A stretch of DNA of 64,000 nucleotides from an uncultured delta proteobacterium. GTDB lineage: Bacteria; Myxococcota_A; UBA9160; SMWR01. Location of the stretch: the NCBI GenBank assembly GCA_963832165.1, contig CAWHTE010000001.1:810830-874829 (forward strand). The letters run 5' to 3'. The notes under the pieces are model-generated. The model made no database searches and had not been told where the DNA came from. It worked only from the letters and a program-made list of their open reading frames with translations. The position numbers and the translations under genes are program-made. The first letter of the stretch is position 1, and every line of letters begins with the position of its first letter. Positions 30,614 through 40,888 of this stretch are shown one piece after another.

Positions 30614-31885
30614 GTGAGAGTTGCACTCACGCACAAGTTCGTATTGGGCGCACTCGTCGTGGGCACGGCTGCGATCGAGGTGCCGCTGCTGCTGGCCCAC
30701 GGCGGGGTGGACGTGGCGCCGTGGGTGGCCCCGTTCGTGGCGCTCGGAGCGGGTGGCGCGATCGGCTACTTCCTGTCGCGCTCGCTCGGCCGCACGTTCG
30801 AAGCGCTCAGCGCCGCCAGCGACCAGATGAGCCGCGGCGATCTGCGGCCGATGCGCGAGATCGGAGTGCCCCCGCGCTTTCCCGATGAAACCTGGGATCT
30901 CACGTGCGGGCTCCAGCGCATGGCGTCGAGCCTGCGCGAGCTCGTGGACGGCGTGAAGACGACCGCGGCGCGCGTCGAGCGCTCCTCGCAGGATCTCACG
31001 CGCAGCGCCGAGGCGCTCTCGGGCGGACACGACGGCATCTCGGCCGCAGTGGCGCACCTCGCGACCGACGTCGCCGAACAGCAGCGCCGGCTCGCCGACA
31101 CGACGCGGCTCGTGCAGGAGATCGCGTCCGCGATCGACCGCAACGCGGGGAGCGCGCGCGAGGCGTTCGGCTTCGCGGCCGAGGCGAACCAGAAGGCCGG
31201 CTCGGGCGTCGACGTGGCGCGACTCGCGATCACGAAGATGCGCACGGTGTTCGAGCGCGTCGAGCAGAGCGTGGCGCGCGTGTTCGAGCTCGAGGCGAAG
31301 ACGCGCCATGTCCACCAGATCACCGAGATCATCACGAGCGTTGCGCATCGCACGAACCTGCTCTCGCTGAACGCCTCGATCGAGGCCGCGCGCGCGGGGG
31401 AGGCGGGTCGCGGCTTCTCGGTCGTGGCCGACGAGATCCGCAAGCTCGCCGAGAGCGCGGGGCGCAGCGCCGAAGAGATCGCCAAGCTGATCCACGAGAT
31501 CGAGTCCGACACGAACGAAGTCGCGCAGGGCATGCGCGAGTCGAGCATCGTGGTCGGTGAAGGACGCGAGGACGTCGACACCGTGGCCGACTCGCTCGAG
31601 CAGATCCGCTCGGCCGTCGGTGAAGCCGCGCGCCGCGCGGAGGAGATCTTCGAAGGCGCCGACACCCAGTCGATGGACGTGCGCCGCATGGTCGAGTCGA
31701 TGCAGGAGATCAGCCGCGTCGCGTCGCGCAACGCCGAGGCGATCGACGGCGTCGCGGTGACCTCGCACGGCCAGCTCGATTCGATGAATCGCATGGTCGC
31801 TTCGAGTCAGTCGCTCACGGGTCTCGCCGAGGAGCTGCGCGAGGTGCTGCGCCGCTTCGACACGAGTGGCGGAGGTGCCGCGTGA
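30614..31885 (+). CDS. Methyl-accepting chemotaxis protein, DifA-like (2 TM, no periplasmic sensor domain, HAMP)
   Basis: [35 protein letters not shown] hairpin tip; two closely spaced TM segments. Confidence 0.92.
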   Translation: MRVALTHKFVLGALVVGTAAIEVPLLLAHGGVDVAPWVAPFVALGAGGAIGYFLSRSLGRTFEALSAASDQMSRGDLRPMREIGVPPRFPDETWDLTCGLQRMASSLRELVDGVKTTAARVERSSQDLTRSAEALSGGHDGISAAVAHLATDVAEQQRRLADTTRLVQEIASAIDRNAGSAREAFGFAAEANQKAGSGVDVARLAITKMRTVFERVEQSVARVFELEAKTRHVHQITEIITSVAHRTNLLSLNASIEAARAGEAGRGFSVVADEIRKLAESAGRSAEEIAKLIHEIESDTNEVAQGMRESSIVVGEGREDVDTVADSLEQIRSAVGEAARRAEEIFEGADTQSMDVRRMVESMQEISRVASRNAEAIDGVAVTSHGQLDSMNRMVASSQSLTGLAEELREVLRRFDTSGGGAA

Positions 31886-32334
31886 GCTTCGAGAGCCAGA
31901 ATCGCCTGCTCACCTTCGAGATCGGCTCATCGCTGTTCGCGTTGCCGATCGAGGGCGTGCACGAGGTCGCCGAGATGGCGCCGCTCGCTTGCATCCCCAC
32001 GCTCCCGAGCGACGTCGCGGGCGTGATCAACTACCGCGGCGACGCGTTGCCCGTGGTGCGGCGCGAGCGGTTGCTCGATCCGGGCGCCGGCGCGCTCGCG
32101 GCGCCTGCACACGTGCTCGTGATCGGCGACCGGGCGGGCAGCCCGCCGTGCCTCGGCCTCGAGGTGGACCGCGTGCTCGGGCTCATCGATGGACAGCCCG
32201 CGCGCGGTCGGGGCAGCGAGCCGGTGGCCGAGCGCCGACCGCTGGACGGGCGGCTGTTGCAGGTGGTGGACGCGTCGCGCCTGGTGGCGCGCGCGCGCAA
32301 GGTGATCGAAGACGCACTCGCGCGTGGCGAGTGA
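31882..32334 (+). CDS. cheW: Chemotaxis adaptor CheW (DifC-like)
   Basis: [31 protein letters not shown]. Confidence 0.88.
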   Translation: MSFESQNRLLTFEIGSSLFALPIEGVHEVAEMAPLACIPTLPSDVAGVINYRGDALPVVRRERLLDPGAGALAAPAHVLVIGDRAGSPPCLGLEVDRVLGLIDGQPARGRGSEPVAERRPLDGRLLQVVDASRLVARARKVIEDALARGE

Positions 32335-32349
32335 AGCGGGGGAAGGCAC

Positions 32350-32721
32350 ATGGCGCGAGTTCTGGTGGCGGATGACGCGTCCTTCATGCGGCAGATGATC
32401 CGCGAGATCGTCGAGGCAGAGGGACACGAGGTCGTGGGCGAGGCGTCCGATGGCGACGAGGCGGTCGAGGAGTGGAAGCGGCTCCAGCCCGACGTCACCA
32501 CGATGGACATTGTGATGCCGCGGCGTTCGGGCATCGACGCGGTGAAGGGGATCATGGAGTTCGACTCCACCGCGTGCGTGGTGATGTGCAGCGCGCTGGG
32601 TCAGGAGACGCTGGTCCAGGAAGCGCTCCAGGCGGGCGCGCGGGACTTCATCGTCAAGCCGTTCAAGCCCGACTCGGTGATCGCGACCCTCAACAAGGTG
32701 CTCGAGAAGCAGGAAGCCTGA
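32350..32721 (+). CDS. cheY: Response regulator CheY (DifD-like)
   Basis: VLVADD, MDIVMP, CSALGQ, FIVKPF. Confidence 0.92.
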   Translation: MARVLVADDASFMRQMIREIVEAEGHEVVGEASDGDEAVEEWKRLQPDVTTMDIVMPRRSGIDAVKGIMEFDSTACVVMCSALGQETLVQEALQAGARDFIVKPFKPDSVIATLNKVLEKQEA

Positions 32722-32723
32722 GC

Positions 32724-33137
32724 GTGGATCTGGCGAAGTACCGGACGATCTTCATCGAGGAGTCGACGGAGCACTTCGCCGAGATCAGCCGTTCCCTGCT
32801 CGAACTCGAGAAGGATCCCGAGCACGGCGAGTCGATCGACGTCGTGTTTCGGATGGCGCATTCGATCAAGGGCATGGCGGCTTCACTCGGCTACGACTCG
32901 ATCACCGAGCTCGCGCACAAGCTCGAGGACCGCATGCAGGTCGTCCGGGAAGCGGGAAAGGTCGAGGCCGGCGACGAGCTCTCGCTGTTGTTCCGCGGGC
33001 TCTCGGCACTCGAGGCGATGGTCGGCGCGGTGCGCGACACCGGAGGGGCTCCGCACGCCGATCCGGCGCTGATCGCCGCGCTTGCAGCGCCGGCCGGATC
33101 CGCCCCCGCGCCCAAAAAAAAAGAACTGAGCCGGTAG
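32724..33137 (+). CDS. cheA: CheA Hpt (P1) domain, 137 aa in frame 0; N-terminal part of the split cheA
   Basis: YRTIFIEESTEH, FRMAHSIKGMAASLG, LAHKLED; ends APAPKKKELSR*. Confidence 0.9.
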   Translation: MDLAKYRTIFIEESTEHFAEISRSLLELEKDPEHGESIDVVFRMAHSIKGMAASLGYDSITELAHKLEDRMQVVREAGKVEAGDELSLLFRGLSALEAMVGAVRDTGGAPHADPALIAALAAPAGSAPAPKKKELSR

Positions 33138-33161
33138 CGACCGGAGAGCGCGCGAGCTCGG
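33111..33161 (+). other. A9 slippery run plus downstream stem-loop (candidate recoding signal)
   Basis: CCC AAA AAA AAA GAA (A at 33114-33122); CCGGT-AGCG-ACCGG hairpin at 33131-33144; alternative extended pairing CTGAGC/GCTCGG. Confidence 0.6.
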
Positions 33162-34336
33162 CAGCCGCGCCGCGCCTCGAGGTGCCCCGGCCTCCGCCCA
33201 CCGTCCGCGTCAACACGCGCACGCTCGACCGCTTCCTCTCGACGGTCGGCGAGGTGATCCTCAACACGAGCCAGGTGCGCACCGTTTCGTCGGTCGCGGG
33301 CCAGAACACCGCGCTCTCCGAGGGTCTCGACCGGATGGACCGCGTCGTCGGCGAGCTGCAGCGGCGCGCGCTCGAGCTGCGCACCACGCCGCTCTTGCGC
33401 ATTCTCGAGCCGCTGCCGCGCGCGGCGCGTGACGTCGCGGAACGCGCCGGAGTGCGCGTCGAAGTGCAGCTGCGCGGCGCCGAGCTCGAGCTCGATCGCT
33501 CGATCCTCGATCGCCTCTCCGACCCGCTCGTGCACCTGCTGCGCAACGCGGTCGATCACGGCATCGAGGCGCCCGCGGAGCGGGTCGCGGCCGGCAAGCC
33601 CGGCGTCGGATGCATCGTGATCGAGGCGCGGCGCGAGAAGGACACGATCCGGCTCTCGGTCGGTGACGATGGAGCCGGGATCGATCTCGAGGCGGTGCGG
33701 CGGCGCGCGGCCGAGGCCGGCGTGGTCCACCCGGACCTCGCGGCCGATCTCACCGCCGAGCAGATCGCGGCGCTGGTATTCGAGCCGGGGCTGTCGACGG
33801 CGGCCGAGGTGTCCGAGATCTCCGGGCGCGGTGTCGGCATGGACGCGGTGCGATCGACGCTCGAGTCGCTCGGCGGATCGGTCGAGATCGCGACCGAGCG
33901 CGGACGCGGCACCACGACGACGCTCGTCGTGCCGATCACCGCTGCGGTTCAGCGCGTGCTGCTGCTCGGCGTCGGCGCCGAGATGGTCGCGATCCCGATC
34001 TCGAAGGTCGAACGCATCGAAGAATGTCCGACCGAGCGGATCGAGCGGGCGGGATCCGATGCGTTCGCGTTGATCGACGACGAGCTCGTGCCCGTGCTCG
34101 ACCTCGCCGCGCGGATCGCGCAGCCGGGCGCCGCGCCCGGGCGCTTCACCCACCTGGTGCTGACCGAGGTGCGCGGCGAGCGCGTGGCGCTGTCTGCCGA
34201 GCGCGTCGCGGGCCAGCAGCAGATCTACGTCAAGCCGATTCCCGAGCTGCTGCGCGGCGTCCGCGCGCTCTCGGGGCTCACGATTCTCGGAGATGGGCGT
34301 CCGATGTTCCTCGTCGACCCCAACCAGATCGCATGA
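33122..34336 (+). CDS. cheA: CheA dimerization, HATPase and CheW-like domains in the -1 frame (DifE-like); open from the A-run
   Basis: TVRVNTRTLD, HLLRNAVDHG, DDGAG, FEPGLST, SGRGVGMD, GLTILGDG; the first in-frame start (GTG 33182) lacks an SD. Confidence 0.9.
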   Translation, partial: RTEPVATGERASSAAAPRLEVPRPPPTVRVNTRTLDRFLSTVGEVILNTSQVRTVSSVAGQNTALSEGLDRMDRVVGELQRRALELRTTPLLRILEPLPRAARDVAERAGVRVEVQLRGAELELDRSILDRLSDPLVHLLRNAVDHGIEAPAERVAAGKPGVGCIVIEARREKDTIRLSVGDDGAGIDLEAVRRRAAEAGVVHPDLAADLTAEQIAALVFEPGLSTAAEVSEISGRGVGMDAVRSTLESLGGSVEIATERGRGTTTTLVVPITAAVQRVLLLGVGAEMVAIPISKVERIEECPTERIERAGSDAFALIDDELVPVLDLAARIAQPGAAPGRFTHLVLTEVRGERVALSAERVAGQQQIYVKPIPELLRGVRALSGLTILGDGRPMFLVDPNQIA

Positions 34337-34902
34337 GTCGCGGACTCGCCGGAATCGACGACGCCGAGATCGATCGGCTGCGCGAGCTCGCCCACATCGG
34401 CGCGAGCTGGGCGGCGAGCGCCTTCGCGCGGCTTGCAGGTCGCACGATCCTCACACGGGTGCCCCTGATCCACGGTCCCGAGCGCCTGCGCAAGCGCGGC
34501 GACTGGACGACCGGAATCTTTTGCGACATCTCGGGTGCGCTCTCGGGGATGGTCGCGATCCTCTTGCCCACCGCGACGCGCGACGGGATCGTGGAGCTGC
34601 TGTGTGGCAACGCCCACCCGCCGCAGGAGGTCTACGCCTCGGCGCTGTCGGAGTTCGGAAACATCCTGGCGTCGCAGACCGTCTCCGCGATCGCCGACAC
34701 GCTCGGCGCGAGGATCCTCCCGGGCGTGCCCGAACTCGTGCTGCGCGACGCCGAGACCGCGCTCCAGGCGCGCATGTCGCCGCGGCATCGCCCGCCCCCA
34801 CCGCTCTACATCGAGAGTGAGCTGTTCGACCGCCAGGGCGAGTTCCGCGCGCTGCACGTATTCCTGCCCGCGCTCGACAAGGTGCAGGCGCCGACCTCCT
34901 GA
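34333..34902 (+). CDS. cheC: CheC-family phosphatase (DifG-like)
   Basis: DRLRELAHIG, SALSEFGNILAS (ExxN), position after cheA. Confidence 0.8.
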   Translation: MSRGLAGIDDAEIDRLRELAHIGASWAASAFARLAGRTILTRVPLIHGPERLRKRGDWTTGIFCDISGALSGMVAILLPTATRDGIVELLCGNAHPPQEVYASALSEFGNILASQTVSAIADTLGARILPGVPELVLRDAETALQARMSPRHRPPPPLYIESELFDRQGEFRALHVFLPALDKVQAPTS

Positions 34903-34939
34903 CGTCTGATAGGCTGCCCGCCATGCGCGGAGCCGGCCG

Positions 34940-35689
34940 ATGAATCCCGATCGCTTGCGCGATCTGCTCGACTCGGTGCGGCGCGGCGAGCTCGATCCCG
35001 AAGCGGCGATCGAGCAGTTGGCGCGGCTGCCGTTCGTCGACGTGCCCGACGCGCGCGTCGACACCCACCGGACGCTGCGCGCGGGATTGCCCGAGGTGGT
35101 GTTCGCGCCCGGCAAGACGCCGCGCCAGATCGCCGACATTTCGACCGCGCTGCGCGATGCGGGTCAGAACGTGCTGGTGACGCGGCTCGAGGCCGCCGCG
35201 GCCGAGCAGGTGCGCGGGATGCTCGGTTCGGGCGAATACGACGCGGTCGCGCGCACGCTCTGGATCGGTCCCGCCGAGGTCGCGACGGTCGGGAAGGGCA
35301 CGATCGCGATCGTGTGCGCGGGCACCGCCGACGTTCCGGTGGCGCAGGAGGCCATGCGCGTCGCCCGCTATTTCGGAAACAAGGTGGAGCTCCTGGTCGA
35401 CGTCGGCGTCGCGGGGCTGCACCGGCTGCTCGCGGCCAGCGAGACGCTGCGCTCCGCGCGCGTCCTGATCGTGATCGCGGGGATGGAGGGTGCGCTCCCC
35501 TCGGTGGTGGGCGGACTCGTGGACAAACCCGTGATCGGCGTTCCCACGAGCGTGGGATACGGCGCGTCGTTCGGCGGTGTCACCGCGCTGCTCGGGATGC
35601 TCACGAGCTGCGCGTCGAACGTCACCGTCGTGAACATCGACAACGGCTTCGGCGCTGCCTATGTCGCGACGCTCATCAACCGGCTGTAG
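34940..35689 (+). CDS. larB: Nickel pincer cofactor biosynthesis protein LarB
   Basis: PEVVFAPGKT, AGTADVPVA, DVGVAGLHRL, AGMEGALPSVV, PTSVGYG, VVNIDNGFGAA. Confidence 0.93.
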   Translation: MNPDRLRDLLDSVRRGELDPEAAIEQLARLPFVDVPDARVDTHRTLRAGLPEVVFAPGKTPRQIADISTALRDAGQNVLVTRLEAAAAEQVRGMLGSGEYDAVARTLWIGPAEVATVGKGTIAIVCAGTADVPVAQEAMRVARYFGNKVELLVDVGVAGLHRLLAASETLRSARVLIVIAGMEGALPSVVGGLVDKPVIGVPTSVGYGASFGGVTALLGMLTSCASNVTVVNIDNGFGAAYVATLINRL

Positions 35690-35724
35690 GGCGGGAGGAG
35701 CCGGGGGCGGATCCCGCCGCGACC

Positions 35725-36993
35725 ATGAGCGCAAGAGCTCGAAGCAGAACGAAGCGAAATAGCAGGCGTCCCCGCGCAGCGGCCTCTGGCTCGCGCGTCC
35801 TCCACCTCGACGTGTTCTCGGGGATCGCCGGCAACATGCTGCTCGGCGCACTGCTCGACGCGGGGCTCTCGCGCAAGGAGCTCGAGTCGGACCTCGCAGG
35901 CCTCGGCCTCGATCATCGCCTCGTCGTGCGGCGCGTGCGGCGCGGCGCGCTGTCGGCGCTCTACGTCGACGTGCTCGTGCCGACGCCGAAGCGGCGCACA
36001 CGCGGTCGCGATCACGATCACCATCATCATCACGACCACGGGCGTTCCTATCAGGAGATCGTGCGCGTGCTGGAGAAGGCGAGACTCGAGCCCGAGGTGC
36101 GCAAGCGCGCACTCGCGTGCTTCGAGGCGCTCGGGCGCGCCGAAGCGACCGTGCACGGGACGTCGCTTGCGAAGGTGCACTTCCACGAAGTCGGCGCCGT
36201 CGATGCGATCGTCGATCTCACGGGCGCCGCGATCGGTCTGGCGCGGCTCGGCATCGCGCGCGTCACCGCGAGTCCGGCGGCGCTCGGGCGCGGAACGGTC
36301 GAGACGGAGCACGGACTCCTGCCTCTGCCCGCGCCCGCGACGCTCGAGCTGCTGCGCGGATTGCCGACGGTGCCGGCCCACGTGGCCTGGGAGACCGTGA
36401 CGCCCACGGGCGCCGCGCTCCTGCGCACGCTCGTCGACGAGTTCTGCGACCTGCCCGCGATGACGATCGAGGCGATCGGACACGGCGCGGGAGGCGACCG
36501 CAAGCACGGCCTGCCCAACGTGGTGCGCGCGGTGCTCGGGCGCGCGTCGGGCGCGGATGCCGATCGCATCGCCTGTCTCGAGACGAATCTCGACGATCTC
36601 GTCCCGGAGCACTTCGAGTTCCTGATGGAGCGCCTGTTCGAAGCGGGCGCGCTCGACGTGTCGCTGCAGCCGCTCCAGATGAAGAAGAATCGGCCCGGCA
36701 TCCTCGTGCGCGTGCTCGCGCGACCTTCCGACAAGGTCGCCGTGGCGAATCGACTGTTCGCGGAATCGACCGCGATCGGTGTCCGCGTATTCGAGGTCGA
36801 CCGCGTGGTGCTGCGCCGCGAGATCCGGCGCGTCGAGACGCGCTATGGGCGGATCGCCGTGAAGGTGGTGCTCGATCCCGAAGGCCGCGAGACGTTCTCG
36901 GCGGAGGTCGACGACTGCATGCGCGCGGCGCGCAAGCACGGCGCGCCGCTGCGCGAGGTGGTGCGCGAGGCAGAGGAGGCCGCACGCGCGTGA
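35725..36993 (+). CDS. larC: Nickel insertion protein LarC
   Basis: FSGIAGNMLLGAL, His-rich DHDHHHHHDH, HFHEVGAVDAIVD, TPTGAAL, ETNLDD, MKKNRPG. Confidence 0.93.
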   Translation: MSARARSRTKRNSRRPRAAASGSRVLHLDVFSGIAGNMLLGALLDAGLSRKELESDLAGLGLDHRLVVRRVRRGALSALYVDVLVPTPKRRTRGRDHDHHHHHDHGRSYQEIVRVLEKARLEPEVRKRALACFEALGRAEATVHGTSLAKVHFHEVGAVDAIVDLTGAAIGLARLGIARVTASPAALGRGTVETEHGLLPLPAPATLELLRGLPTVPAHVAWETVTPTGAALLRTLVDEFCDLPAMTIEAIGHGAGGDRKHGLPNVVRAVLGRASGADADRIACLETNLDDLVPEHFEFLMERLFEAGALDVSLQPLQMKKNRPGILVRVLARPSDKVAVANRLFAESTAIGVRVFEVDRVVLRREIRRVETRYGRIAVKVVLDPEGRETFSAEVDDCMRAARKHGAPLREVVREAEEAARA

Positions 36994-37760
36994 GCGCAGG
37001 AGCGGTGCCTGCGGTCGATGCCGGTCCGTTCGATCTCGGCGACGGCCGCGACGCAGCGCTGTGTCTGCACGGCCTGACGGGGACGCCGTACGAAGTCCGC
37101 CCGATCGCCGAGGCGCTCGCGGCATCGGGCGTGCGAGCGGTGGGACCGCTCCTGCCGGGTCACGGCGGAGCGCGCGAGGCGCTCGCGCGCTCCGTGCACC
37201 GCGAGTGGATCGATGCGGTCGCGAGCGCTCATCGCGCGCTGCGCGAGCGCCACGAGCGCGTGTTCACGATCGGGCTCTCGCTCGGAGGTCTGCTCGCGCT
37301 GTGCCACGCGGCCACGGCGCGCGTGGACGCGCTCGTGGTGATCGGCACGCCACTGCGCCTGCGCACGCGGCTCGTGCGGATCTTGCCACTCGCGCGACAC
37401 GCATGGCCCTATCTTCCGAAGCGGCGAGGCTCCGACATCCGTGAAGCCGCCGCGCGCGCGCGGCATCCGAGCATGACGGTGATGCCGACGGCGAGCGTGT
37501 TGGAGCTCGTGCGTCTCCAGGCCCTCGCGCGCGATGCGCTTCCGAGGGTCGAGGCGCCGCTGCTCGTCGCGCACGGGAGACTCGATACGACGGCGCACCC
37601 CGACGATGCCCGGCTGATCGCGGCGGCGGTGGCGTCGTCGGAGCGCGAGCTGCTGTGGCTTCCGAACTCGGGGCACGTGGTACCGGTGGATTACGATGGA
37701 CCGGAATTGGCGCGCGCGGTGGTTGACTTCCTGATTCGGAAACGGCATCCCCTGCGCTAG
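36990..37760 (+). CDS. Alpha/beta hydrolase (carboxylesterase/monoacylglycerol lipase type)
   Basis: HGLTGTP, LPGHG, GLSLGG nucleophile elbow, SGHVV. Confidence 0.88.
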   Translation: MSAGAVPAVDAGPFDLGDGRDAALCLHGLTGTPYEVRPIAEALAASGVRAVGPLLPGHGGAREALARSVHREWIDAVASAHRALRERHERVFTIGLSLGGLLALCHAATARVDALVVIGTPLRLRTRLVRILPLARHAWPYLPKRRGSDIREAAARARHPSMTVMPTASVLELVRLQALARDALPRVEAPLLVAHGRLDTTAHPDDARLIAAAVASSERELLWLPNSGHVVPVDYDGPELARAVVDFLIRKRHPLR

Positions 37761-37809
37761 GGTTGGCCGCTGACTTTCTTGGCCCCACGGGGCAAGTGAT
37801 GGAGGGAGC

Positions 37810-38019
37810 ATGAGTCTGCCGAAGGCAGTCGTGAAGCGGGTCCTGTCCGAGCATGCCGGTGGCATGCGCGTGTCGGGACCGGCGTTGGAGAAGGCGGTGC
37901 AGGCGGCAGAGGAGTATCTGGCCCGCCTCGCGCGCGCAGCGAATCAGTCCGCCGAAGACAACAAGCGCAAGACGCTGATGGACGCCGACATCGCGAGCGC
38001 GCGCAGCCAGGTGGGTTGA
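37810..38019 (+). CDS. Histone-fold protein (archaeal HMf-like bacterial histone), 69 aa
   Basis: LPKAVVKR (alpha1), MRVS (L1), long alpha2, KRKTLMDADI (L2 with R-D clamp); strong GGAGGGAG SD. Confidence 0.85.
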   Translation: MSLPKAVVKRVLSEHAGGMRVSGPALEKAVQAAEEYLARLARAANQSAEDNKRKTLMDADIASARSQVG

Positions 38020-38075
38020 GGGCTAGAAGCGGCGGTCCCGTGCTGCGCACGCGGATCCGCGGCTGACACAAACAA

Positions 38076-38109
38076 GAGGGCCCCTGGGCGGTTTCGCCCA
38101 GGGGCCCTC
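38076..38109. terminator. Intrinsic terminator shared by convergent groEL and the histone gene
   Basis: 15-bp stem GAGGGCCCCTGGGCG / CGCCCAGGGGCCCTC; U-rich tail on the minus strand. Confidence 0.85.
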
Positions 38110-38135
38110 GTTCGTTCCGGGCTGCAGAGCCTGGG

Positions 38136-40062
<1,927 letters not shown>

Positions 40063-40166
40063 GGAACCTCTCCTTGACCGGTGATTCCGATCACCGGGTT
40101 TGGGTGGGTAAAACCTGCGGCCGGGAGGGGGCTCCGCGGCCGCGATGCCATTTGGCAGTCCCATTT

Positions 40167-40193
40167 TTGGCAGTCGCACCTTGTGAGTGCCAA
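40167..40193. promoter_or_regulatory. CIRCE element (HrcA operator)
   Basis: TTGGCAGTC-N9-GAGTGCCAA versus consensus TTAGCACTC-N9-GAGTGCTAA, upstream of groES; hrcA is present in the window. Confidence 0.85.
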
Positions 40194-40290
40194 AAGCGGG
40201 AGGGCAATGTAGCCACGGAAGGTCGACCTGCAAGGCGATACAGGGGTCGCAGCGGCAAGGTCGATGGCATTCTCCGGGGGGAGGAGCCCG

Positions 40291-40857
40291 ATGGCATCTC
40301 TCGCGCGCCGGATCGCCGCGGTACAGCAGCGTTTGTGCGCGATTTATCGCCTGGAGCTCCCGCTCAGCGCGGACGAGTTCGTGATGTCGCACGACGCCGC
40401 ACGCGCGCTGGTGCCCGCGCGCGGCCCGCGGACCGGCCTGCTCGCGCTAGAGGAGGCCGGGACCCTCTGGCTCGGGCTCTACTTCGACCCGCGCGACGCC
40501 GAGGACCCCGCGGCGATCCTCGAGGAGACGAGCCACTGGATCGCGGTGGTCTGGCACGCCGCGCAGCGCCGGCCCGTGTCTCCGCTCCTGCTCGAGCTCC
40601 AGGCCGAAGTGGACCGCTACGCCGTCGCGCGCATCGCGCGCGCGCGCGACCCGCTCCGGCACTTCAGAAACCTGCGTCTGCGCGCGGGTCTTTCGCGCGC
40701 GCAGCGCGGCCGCTACCGCGCCGCTCACGCCGCCGCGTACCGCTATTGCCGCAAGCTCGAGCGGCGCTTTCCGCATGGATCCGATCTGCCCGGCCTGCTG
40801 CGCGAGCTGCGCAGCTTCTATCGCCGGGCGCCGGCGGCAAAACTCTTCGCGGCTTGA
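40291..40857 (+). CDS. Hypothetical protein (possible zincin-like fold)
   Basis: GGAGGAG SD; ILEETSH and [11 protein letters not shown] motifs; coding-like composition. Confidence 0.7.
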   Translation: MASLARRIAAVQQRLCAIYRLELPLSADEFVMSHDAARALVPARGPRTGLLALEEAGTLWLGLYFDPRDAEDPAAILEETSHWIAVVWHAAQRRPVSPLLLELQAEVDRYAVARIARARDPLRHFRNLRLRAGLSRAQRGRYRAAHAAAYRYCRKLERRFPHGSDLPGLLRELRSFYRRAPAAKLFAA

Positions 40858-40888
40858 CTTTCGCCGCAATTTCGTGAAGGCTGGTGCC

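Noticed and set aside
36010..36039. CAT/CAC trinucleotide-like repeat
   Set aside because: It encodes the normal His-rich nickel-binding segment of LarC.
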